Of a stretch of 64,000 nucleotides of DNA, positions 1-7,936 are shown piece by piece (the first letter of the stretch is position 1; every line of letters starts with the position of its first letter). This DNA comes from a virus. A program made the position numbers and the translations under genes. The DNA lies in the IMG/VR virus record IMGVR_UViG_3300031133_000417, positions 970 to 64,969 of that record; one strand, given 5' to 3'. The notes beneath the pieces are model-generated. The model had not been told where the DNA came from. It was given only the letters and a program-made list of their open reading frames with translations, and made no database searches.

Positions 1-219
1 AATCTCAAGGTATTATCTTCTATGGCTGGGATTGAGAAGAAAGCATCATCGCACCTGGCCAGGCACATTTATACAAAAAAAGCTATTGAAAAAATAAATA
101 ACCCCATGATCACAATGGAGTTATTAGGTCACAAAAGTCTTGCTGTTCATCAGGGCTATTTAAACGATGTCAGAAGGGATGATGTTCTTGATCAAGCCAA
201 TGATGATATTTTTGAATAG
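1..219 (+). CDS. Tyrosine recombinase/integrase, C-terminal part (5' truncated by window)
   Basis: Frame is open from base 1 (NLKVLSSMAGIEK...). HLARH (HxxR) box, LGH box and downstream Tyr. Confidence 0.9.
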   Translation, partial: NLKVLSSMAGIEKKASSHLARHIYTKKAIEKINNPMITMELLGHKSLAVHQGYLNDVRRDDVLDQANDDIFE

Positions 220-1029
220 TTAATAATTAAGGAAGTCATGCTCAATCCCAAGTGCTGGAATTAATTTTCCAGTTGTAGGAAAGTAATACTCAGCTCCTGT
301 AAAAGTAGTCCGCTTAAATCTTAACCGTAACTGGCTGCCAACAGCGAACCGCCCGCTCTGCGGAAAGAAAACAGTTTTGCCTGTAAGTGTTGCTCCAAAC
401 TTTTTTTCTGGCGGTGCAATCCTGAGTGTCCGGACACCGTTAATCGTTGAGTTCTTATCATCAGTTGAAATATCCGTTAAGAACCTATCCTTTCCAAACA
501 GCCAGCGTTTATCATTACCGCTAACAATACTCAATTTTTGATTATACTTATAATCGAAGGTGCCGGCGACATTAGGATCTACAGTAGGAGTATAAGATAA
601 ATATAAATTACTGTCTTGAAATTCGAACTTCTTCCTGTTAAGGGAATCTATAACCATTGTAGCTTGCAGCTTTTCCTTTGTTATTGTCTGAACAATTTGG
701 GATAGGCTCGTGACTTTGTCCTTCTGGAAATCTGTTTCAGCAATTAAACTATCTACAAATGCCTGATCATACTTGCCCTCAGATTTAACCAGGTTCTTTG
801 GCAAGACATTATTTGTTTCCTCAGTAATGGTGTGCTCTATTCCGTTTTTGTCAATCTTCTTACTGATGATCGCAGCTTCCGCCTGGACATAATCCTTTGC
901 CTTTGTATCGGTAGTTACCGATTTTGACGGCTGCGGATCCATATAATATATGTAAAATGCCAGTCCGCCTGCAAGCAGCAACACCAGTAGTGTGATGCAT
1001 AGCATTATTTTAGTTCCTCTTGTCATCAT
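220..1029 (-). CDS. Membrane-anchored lysis-cassette protein, spanin candidate
   Basis: N-terminal hydrophobic anchor, beta-rich C-terminus ending in an aromatic residue, last gene of the lysis cassette. Confidence 0.7.
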   Translation of the reverse strand: MMTRGTKIMLCITLLVLLLAGGLAFYIYYMDPQPSKSVTTDTKAKDYVQAEAAIISKKIDKNGIEHTITEETNNVLPKNLVKSEGKYDQAFVDSLIAETDFQKDKVTSLSQIVQTITKEKLQATMVIDSLNRKKFEFQDSNLYLSYTPTVDPNVAGTFDYKYNQKLSIVSGNDKRWLFGKDRFLTDISTDDKNSTINGVRTLRIAPPEKKFGATLTGKTVFFPQSGRFAVGSQLRLRFKRTTFTGAEYYFPTTGKLIPALGIEHDFLNY

Positions 1030-1330
1030 TCTTTTTATTTAAGCTGTCAGTGATAACTGTAAGTTTTTCGATCACACCGTTCTTCACCAGTATATTATTA
1101 ATAAGGTTGTCTTTAATAGTTCTTTCCTGTTGTGTCTCCTGCCTTGATTGCCTGAGCTCTTTTCTTAGTTCAGCTTTTTCCATCTCGCAGTCAGCATTGC
1201 TTTTATTGGTCATGTCCTTATTTGAATAGATGAAAAACCACATCACACTCACGACCGTCACCAGCAGGTAGGTGTATGGGTTTTTAACGATTTGCAGGAA
1301 GGACATTTTAACCTGAGGTTCATTAGCCAT
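1010..1330 (-). CDS. Holin-like or i-spanin-like protein (1 TM + coiled coil)
   Basis: Single TM (YTYLLVTVVSVMWFFIY) then charged helix, directly downstream of the endolysin. Confidence 0.65.
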   Translation of the reverse strand: MANEPQVKMSFLQIVKNPYTYLLVTVVSVMWFFIYSNKDMTNKSNADCEMEKAELRKELRQSRQETQQERTIKDNLINNILVKNGVIEKLTVITDSLNKKNDDKRN

Positions 1331-1333
1331 CTA

Positions 1334-1984
1334 TTATATTTTATTTAATTCAGCCAATGTTTGTGGACCGGCTATTCCATCTGCAATGAGGTTGTGTTTT
1401 TTCTGGAAAGCCATTACCGCAGCCTTCGTATTCTTGCCAAATATTCCATCATCAGGAAGACCGAGTTTGGTTTGGATATATTTCACTTGGTTGATGTAAA
1501 TTTGTTCGTCGGTAGCCTGTTGAATATTTTCTTCTGTGAAATAAAGGGCTGCTTCTCGTTTTCTCCGAGACAGAAGGATAGGCTTACCTCCGGCATTTTT
1601 CCAAGCTTCGAATGCTGCTTTGATCTTAGGATCCTCTTTATCTGCATTTACCTTTTTAACCAGGTCAGATATTTTGAAGCCATTAGTGCCTACATTGTAA
1701 GTAAAACTGGTGAGAGCATCAAATTGGTTATGGTTTATATCATCACGGGTGAGAGAATAAACAGCCAGCTCATATCCTCTTAATGTAGTCCGGAACAATT
1801 GAATTGCTCGCTCCGTTGTTATTGGAGCATCCGACATCTTAACTTTCCTGCCATCTTCCCAGTATGTACTTCCAACTCCAATTGTTGGCACTCCTACCTG
1901 GTCCAGGTACGGGCGTTTAATAAGACCTTCCTCTTGAATTAAAAATTGAATCCCCTTATTTGATGTTTCCCTAATCTCCTTCAT
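1334..1984 (-). CDS. Endolysin: GH24 lysozyme + C-terminal peptidoglycan-binding domain
   Basis: EEG-x7-D-x5-TIG catalytic motif; DDGIFGKNT..FQ..DGIAGPQT PG-binding repeats. Confidence 0.93.
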   Translation of the reverse strand: MKEIRETSNKGIQFLIQEEGLIKRPYLDQVGVPTIGVGSTYWEDGRKVKMSDAPITTERAIQLFRTTLRGYELAVYSLTRDDINHNQFDALTSFTYNVGTNGFKISDLVKKVNADKEDPKIKAAFEAWKNAGGKPILLSRRKREAALYFTEENIQQATDEQIYINQVKYIQTKLGLPDDGIFGKNTKAAVMAFQKKHNLIADGIAGPQTLAELNKI

Positions 1985-2051
1985 ATCTCCCTCACATTAA
2001 GCGGTGTGATACAAACTTACCGCCACTATTGACCTTACGGGAGTATTACTT

Positions 2052-2074
2052 TTGACAATGTATACCATTGTCAA
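2052..2074. promoter_or_regulatory. 23-bp palindromic site, copy 1 (TTGACAATG-TATAC-CATTGTCAA)
   Basis: Exact reverse complement of the copies at 15198 and 28771; 68 nt upstream of the endolysin start. Confidence 0.75.
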
Positions 2075-2211
2075 GCATTAGATACATATAGTACTTAAAG
2101 AGTATTTCTCAGTGAGACCTGATCACTTATCTTTATGAAATAAAAGAACATCATTGAAATACGGAATACCGTAAAATGTCCTATAAAATATTTAATATAA
2201 TTGCCACTCTC

Positions 2212-2376
2212 ATGAAAAGCATTTTACTCATTCTTATCACCTCTGTTATCATCTGCAGCTGTTCCAAAGAACATGAGGCTGAACCTGTTGCTGATACTGT
2301 AGTGATAAAAAAACCTCCTATAAAAGATAATCCGCCTATTATACCACCGGTTACACCTTATATAGGAGGAAATTAA
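2212..2376 (+). CDS. Small Pro-rich lipoprotein (moron)
   Basis: MKSILLILITSVIICSC lipobox-like signal; opposite strand to the late genes. Confidence 0.65.
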   Translation: MKSILLILITSVIICSCSKEHEAEPVADTVVIKKPPIKDNPPIIPPVTPYIGGN

Positions 2377-2377
2377 A

Positions 2378-2467
2378 CTATGATCCGTTACCGTCGAGTA
2401 TTCCGTCCGGTATTACCGGGGTAGTTCCTGCTACAGGAGTTCCACTGATGTCAATTGAGATATTCAT
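2378..2467 (-). CDS. 29-aa micro-ORF MNISIDISGTPVAGTTPVIPDGILDGNGS
   Basis: ATG overlaps the upstream stop (TAATG); not in the ORF track. Confidence 0.45.
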   Translation of the reverse strand: MNISIDISGTPVAGTTPVIPDGILDGNGS

Positions 2468-2796
2468 TAGTAAATTGGGTTAACTGCTGCCTGAAACTCC
2501 ACACTGTCGACTTTACCTACAGTTACTCCTGCTGTAATTAGTCTGAACTGGATATGTATAAATGACGTTCCTGATAGAAGTATCATTTCATTACCATTTG
2601 CTGGCACTAGTAATTTAGTTGCGCCTTCAATCTTTGACCATGGCCCAGATTTATCGGTAGATGCCCACACCTCAATACTGACATTAGCAGCTACTATACC
2701 GCTGAATACGAATTGTGCGGCAACTGTTTTGTCTATAGCCTGAACTTGTAAAAGCGTCTTATTGCCACCGGCTAGCGCATAATTTATTGTTTTCAT
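2467..2796 (-). CDS. Hypothetical tail-module protein
   Basis: 109-aa beta-rich ORF co-oriented with the late operon. Confidence 0.7.
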   Translation of the reverse strand: MKTINYALAGGNKTLLQVQAIDKTVAAQFVFSGIVAANVSIEVWASTDKSGPWSKIEGATKLLVPANGNEMILLSGTSFIHIQFRLITAGVTVGKVDSVEFQAAVNPIY

Positions 2797-2815
2797 AATT
2801 TGTCTATTTATTAAG

Positions 2816-5800
2816 TTAAGCGCCTGGACCTAGTACACTATCTATAATTGAACCGTTCTGTATGACTAAATGATAAACTTGAGTACCTAGAGAGTAATCA
2901 ACGTTTCTGTTCAGAGGAGCTACGCCATTTACAACAGTCATTCCTGCCCCAGAAATACTGGATAAAACATTACCGTTTACATCTATAATTTCTACAACTC
3001 CAGTAGTTTGAATCTTCTTTCTACCAAGTGTGGTAAAACCATCTGCACTTTTGTTTACGCCAATTGATATTCCTGGCCCCATTGTAGCGTACCTATATTG
3101 CGCCCCTGCTCTACCCAAATAATCAGCAGGATAAATCACAGTTCCATCAGGCGCGATAGCTGTTACAGGTTCGGCATTACTTAAATAATTACCTTCTCTT
3201 GCACTGTCATCATCATGCACAATCAACGGTACCCCGCCTGCACTTACTATTTTAATGTTGTTATCCGAACCATTGATCTCTACATGCTTAATACCGGCCT
3301 CAGCAGTTCTAACACTTCTAACGGTGAGGTTATCAATCGTTGCTGCAGAAGCTAACAATAAACCTGTAGCGATGCTATCAAACTGTGCTCCTATACTGTT
3401 CCATTTGGTAATGTCCGTCGGTAATACTCCGGTGAATGTCCCTGCATCTGACCTGGTTAAATACCATAATCCATTATAAAAAGCAGCTTCCACTTTTAAA
3501 GCTGTACCATGATACTCTTTGGTTGCCGAATAGTTGCCTGTGTTCGCCAGGGCTGCACCTGTCGCACCTTGCATACCGCTGACTCTTACAGGCGTAGACC
3601 ATGAACCTACAAGTGAAGATAAATCTTGATAAGCCTGATCTTCTGGTGCTGGTGTCCATGGGTCAGAAACTGCGCCTTTTTGTATTTTTAAATTCGTAAT
3701 AGAAAACGAAACTTGCGGAATATTACTTATATCTACAAACTGGTAATTATTTACGTCATTAACATCAAATGTTAATGAGAAAGGCGTTATTGTGTTTGCA
3801 GCTACAAAAACGTTTTGAGGGCTTCCGTCGCATATATCCACTGCTGCAGTGAATTGCTGATTTGAAGACATGCCCCCTGAAATAGTCCACTTACCATTAC
3901 TTTTAATAATATTCCGAATACGTATATTTCCCCCACCTCCGGGCTGACCTACGGTATATATCCCGTTAGTGGATCCATTCCCAGGATTACCATGGCCTGT
4001 TTGAGATACGTTTGTTCCTAAAATAGAAATTGTTGTTCCGAAAAAATTTCTACCACCATCAGGCGGCATCTTCAATGCGCTGATCATCCAGAGATACTCT
4101 CCTGTATTTATGACGGGCTGACTCAGTGACCATATCGCAGTATTAAGGTCCGTGATTGTCAATGCCGGCGGCGTTGTGGTACTCCCATTTTTCGCATACC
4201 GCAACTGTGTAAACATAGAGGTACTACCAGCAGTCCCAGACGAACCGGCTGCTCCTGTACCACCAACAGAAGCATAAATATCCCAGTATACATCATCAAC
4301 AGGTGTATGTCCAGCTATCGGTGTATTGTTAACAAATAACCATTGAGTTCCATTATACAAAACAGTATCTCCCTTGTAGTAAGTTACAGAAGAGCTGTAT
4401 GCACCTCTGTAACTTGGAAGAGGCACCACAATACCGGACCCGCTCTGAATCAAAGCACCGCGCAGACTTAAAGCGTTAGCAACAGATATACCGTAATCCC
4501 ATCCGCTGGCAGTTGTACCAAAATTGGCGGTACCGTTGGTAAGGTTAATGAAGTTCAGTCCATCCAGTGACTTTAGTATACCAGCAGTGATCTGGTCACC
4601 GATAATAAAGGTCATACCATGAGTAAATTCGTAATCCCTACGGCCATCTACTACAGTGAATAATACACCGGTTTGGAAGTGCCAAAAACCAGATACAGCC
4701 TCAACATTTATAATCTGATCAGTCACCACCCAGACACCCGTAAGTGCGTTTCGAGTAACTTTGGCATATACATAATATGTCTTTGCCGGATCCAGGTTAT
4801 TGAAATTCTGCGCAGCCATTTCCCATACGAACCCTAAACCATCGATTTGCAATGCGTAATGGACCAGCTGACCTGCACCAACATTGAAGTTCGCAGGATT
4901 ACCGGCTACGTTAGGTTTAAATGTAGTGCCCTTCAGAGCAAAATTTGTCCACTTCGCACCGACAGCCAGATAAAGCGTTTCCACACTGGCAGCTTTTAGC
5001 ATATCGGCATACAACTTATTGTCAGAAGGGTCAACAATGAAATTTTTAACCTCCGACAATGTTGTTGAGTTTCGACGTGCTCGAGCAATATCATATACCT
5101 GATTCTGAGCGAGCGCCTTATCCAGTTTCACTTCTTTGCCGATCTCCTGAATAATAGGCGACCCTTTGATAGTGGTATTGGATAATTTAAGATTCGTGTA
5201 CTTGAATTCCTCATGTAGATCTCGGGTAAAGCCAATCATCCGGATGTCTGCATCCAGTAATAAATCGAAAGCAGTTACATGAGCTGTGTCGCCTAAGTTC
5301 AATCTGGTTTTATTACGGGTAAACATGAACCAATCCGGCACCACACCGAAGGTGTATTTTGGAGCTGACTCAGCATCAAAATAAGCCTGTCCTCTGTTAG
5401 CAATTTTCTGTTCTCCAGCATCCACGTAGGTTTGCGGCATCTGGATATCAATGAAACGATACTTATCACCTACTTTTGGTTTTAGTGTAGCAGAAGGCAT
5501 AGGAAAAGATGTCTCAGCTTCGTTTTTTAGAAAAGTGACTGTTTTAGTTGTATTGTTGTAACCGCTTTTAGCAATTTCAAACTGATAACCCGCAAGACTG
5601 CCAGTTTGAAATTCTACCTTCGCAGATAGGCCAGCGTAAACCTGGAGATTAACATCGAAATCAATAGATGAATCAGAAAATTGATATATAGTATCTACGG
5701 ATGTTACGGTGCCGATCCTATCGGGCATTACATCTTCAAAGGTGATCGAAGCCTCAATTTCTTCAGATCCATATTTCGGCCCCTGAATGTAGCCAAGTGC

Positions 5801-6499
5801 ATTTGGAAGTGCTAATCTCTTAGCTCCACTTCTATACCCTACCGGTAAGTTCTTATCAGATCCGTAAACGTACAGCCTCGAAAACACACTAGACCCATCA
5901 GCATTTATCCTGGTTAACTCCCCTCGCAGACCCTTGTTAAAACCGTACGAGAAACTATATCCACTTTTATTGACCTTCTTGATGAGATGGATTATCTTGT
6001 TGACAACTCGCCATTCCGTATCAAATGCTTCTGCCAGCTGGCTCAGGGCTTGTAAAATGTTCTCTCCGGAGAATGATAGATTTTGATAATCAGAAACCAA
6101 CACCTCACCTTTAGTCCAGCCGCTGCTTAACCGATTTGCATTCGCGACGATTAGATCCAGGAAGCCACTTGCATTTGACATCAGGTCAAATTCATCCATA
6201 TTCAGCACATTGGCTGAATCATAGAATTTATACTTCCATTTTGCCAGTGCATAATACTGAGCTTGAAATGTAAGCTTATACTCAAATGAATTCTCATTGT
6301 GCATTGTCGGCTCAGCAGGATTATTCAGGGTGTAGGTTTCGCCCCAGACTTCAATGTAATCACCATGCATGAACTGGATTGACGTAGGAGTATTGAAGGT
6401 AATAGAAACGATATCCTGCACCATCACCTCCTTCTGCTGCCCCCCTTCCGGCCTGACAGTAGCAACGACTATTCCATTTCTTTTTATATCGTAATTCAT
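2816..6499 (-). CDS. Large tail hub/host-specificity protein with carbohydrate-binding-like modules
   Basis: N-terminal prophage tail-protein region; YRGAYSSSVTYYKGDTVLYNG-type module; WTPAPED-terminated insert; KWNSIGAQFDSIATGLLLA motif as in Bacteroidota phage tail proteins. Confidence 0.85.
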   Translation of the reverse strand: MNYDIKRNGIVVATVRPEGGQQKEVMVQDIVSITFNTPTSIQFMHGDYIEVWGETYTLNNPAEPTMHNENSFEYKLTFQAQYYALAKWKYKFYDSANVLNMDEFDLMSNASGFLDLIVANANRLSSGWTKGEVLVSDYQNLSFSGENILQALSQLAEAFDTEWRVVNKIIHLIKKVNKSGYSFSYGFNKGLRGELTRINADGSSVFSRLYVYGSDKNLPVGYRSGAKRLALPNALGYIQGPKYGSEEIEASITFEDVMPDRIGTVTSVDTIYQFSDSSIDFDVNLQVYAGLSAKVEFQTGSLAGYQFEIAKSGYNNTTKTVTFLKNEAETSFPMPSATLKPKVGDKYRFIDIQMPQTYVDAGEQKIANRGQAYFDAESAPKYTFGVVPDWFMFTRNKTRLNLGDTAHVTAFDLLLDADIRMIGFTRDLHEEFKYTNLKLSNTTIKGSPIIQEIGKEVKLDKALAQNQVYDIARARRNSTTLSEVKNFIVDPSDNKLYADMLKAASVETLYLAVGAKWTNFALKGTTFKPNVAGNPANFNVGAGQLVHYALQIDGLGFVWEMAAQNFNNLDPAKTYYVYAKVTRNALTGVWVVTDQIINVEAVSGFWHFQTGVLFTVVDGRRDYEFTHGMTFIIGDQITAGILKSLDGLNFINLTNGTANFGTTASGWDYGISVANALSLRGALIQSGSGIVVPLPSYRGAYSSSVTYYKGDTVLYNGTQWLFVNNTPIAGHTPVDDVYWDIYASVGGTGAAGSSGTAGSTSMFTQLRYAKNGSTTTPPALTITDLNTAIWSLSQPVINTGEYLWMISALKMPPDGGRNFFGTTISILGTNVSQTGHGNPGNGSTNGIYTVGQPGGGGNIRIRNIIKSNGKWTISGGMSSNQQFTAAVDICDGSPQNVFVAANTITPFSLTFDVNDVNNYQFVDISNIPQVSFSITNLKIQKGAVSDPWTPAPEDQAYQDLSSLVGSWSTPVRVSGMQGATGAALANTGNYSATKEYHGTALKVEAAFYNGLWYLTRSDAGTFTGVLPTDITKWNSIGAQFDSIATGLLLASAATIDNLTVRSVRTAEAGIKHVEINGSDNNIKIVSAGGVPLIVHDDDSAREGNYLSNAEPVTAIAPDGTVIYPADYLGRAGAQYRYATMGPGISIGVNKSADGFTTLGRKKIQTTGVVEIIDVNGNVLSSISGAGMTVVNGVAPLNRNVDYSLGTQVYHLVIQNGSIIDSVLGPGA

Positions 6500-6514
6500 G
6501 TTGACGTTTAAAAC

Positions 6515-7900
6515 TTATTGAGCAGCAGTAATCTTTGATGGTAATGCCGGGATAGCTTTTACAGCATCAGCATAGGTTTTATAGTAGATGTTATTTATTG
6601 AGGTTAAAGGAGTCACCACAGGATCATTCATCGGGTGAATACTGGTAGCAGGATCCTTTTCAGTATTGAAATATGCAAAGCCTGTATTATCGTGTACGTT
6701 GATGGTAGCATATGTATTGTAAGCCACAAACAGTACCCCTGCCCAATCTCCTGAAGTACTGAGTACACCGGCAAGGTTTCCATATGCTTCAGATGTTGCT
6801 ACACTAGCCCACTTCGGATACCTATCAATGAAGGTTTTCATTTCATCTGTAGTCTGTACCTCCAAAGCGCTGTACTTTCGGGAATTGTAAACGAAGTTAT
6901 TATACATGACCACCGACTTAACTACTGGACCGAAACTCATCGTCCTTGACCTGATCAGGTAGCCTTCATGATCAACCAGAGTGTTGTTGAAAACAGAGCC
7001 AGTGCCGTAGGCCATTATAATTCCGTTATCATTGTTGTTGATCGCATTGAGGTTGCTGAACTTGTTCCCAGAGAATACGTAACCATCACACGCTCCTAAG
7101 TAAAATGCCTGGGCTATGTTAGGACTGTTTTTGACTGTCGAATTCGTTATTGAGAAGTTCTTTAAAAGGTTCTTTACGCCTTTGGCATCCAGAGAAGCAT
7201 CAGATTGAAAACAGGTAGAAGTATTTTCAAATGTCAGTTTGTCAAACCTCCAGTTCTTAGCTGCAGTTGCATCTGTTCCATCCCAGTATGTCTGATTATA
7301 GTTACCTATTACATAGTTGGAAACATTCTTGAAGCTGATATCATGCAGGTATACATCATTACTCAGGCCATTGAAGTTGATGCAGCGGTATGGCTGATCA
7401 TGCATTGTGGCACCGAAAATCTCTAAACCACTTGCCACTGCAATATCAATGGCCCCAGACTGCATGTCCACTCCGGTAAGGTCAATCACAGAGTTTACTA
7501 CCTTACCTACATTCAGATAATTAAGTGTTCCCTTTGCAATGACTATCCGTTTGTTCGTAATATCTCCCAGAACAATCTGCTTATTTACCGGGATCACCAT
7601 ATTAATAACTGCACGGGTGTCTGTAGATGGGGAAGTCACCGGTGGCACAACAACCACAGGAGGAATCACTACAACGGGGGGAGTGACTACAGGCGGCACA
7701 ACCGGAATGGTAGCCGTTGCATACGCTTTTTTAAAGTCTGTACTGGCAATTGAAGGAACTGCTACCTTTTTGTTTGAGTAGATGATCCTCCCATCAGTTA
7801 CCTGATAAGTAATGCGTTTGCCGACATCAGTAATAGACCCGGTTTGTCCCACGGCCAGCAGGCTGCATGAGACGAGTAATAGCGTTAACAGCTTTTTCAT
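6515..7900 (-). CDS. Secreted right-handed beta-helix (pectin-lyase-like) protein
   Basis: Sec-type signal peptide, Pro/Val-rich linker, Asn-rich beta-helix-like repeats. Confidence 0.7.
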   Translation of the reverse strand: MKKLLTLLLVSCSLLAVGQTGSITDVGKRITYQVTDGRIIYSNKKVAVPSIASTDFKKAYATATIPVVPPVVTPPVVVIPPVVVVPPVTSPSTDTRAVINMVIPVNKQIVLGDITNKRIVIAKGTLNYLNVGKVVNSVIDLTGVDMQSGAIDIAVASGLEIFGATMHDQPYRCINFNGLSNDVYLHDISFKNVSNYVIGNYNQTYWDGTDATAAKNWRFDKLTFENTSTCFQSDASLDAKGVKNLLKNFSITNSTVKNSPNIAQAFYLGACDGYVFSGNKFSNLNAINNNDNGIIMAYGTGSVFNNTLVDHEGYLIRSRTMSFGPVVKSVVMYNNFVYNSRKYSALEVQTTDEMKTFIDRYPKWASVATSEAYGNLAGVLSTSGDWAGVLFVAYNTYATINVHDNTGFAYFNTEKDPATSIHPMNDPVVTPLTSINNIYYKTYADAVKAIPALPSKITAAQ

Positions 7901-7936
7901 AATTTATTTTTGCTTTAAATTTTTAGATGAGTTCTC

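Noticed and set aside
1361-1783. Long antisense ORFs (also 10828-11235, 28282-28758, 32856-33440, 48742-49152, 55787-56152, 60717-61136 and others)
   Set aside because: They are shadows of well-supported opposite-strand genes, with no recognisable motifs.
2052-2057. TTGACA in the 23-bp palindromes read as sigma70 -35 boxes
   Set aside because: No consistent TATAAT at 17 nt, and Bacteroidota housekeeping promoters use -33 TTTG / -7 TAnnTTTG. The symmetry points to a dimeric binding site.
7620-7710. Pro/Val repeat as a phase-variable tandem repeat
   Set aside because: Codons vary and there is no perfect DNA repeat unit; it is an ordinary protein linker.
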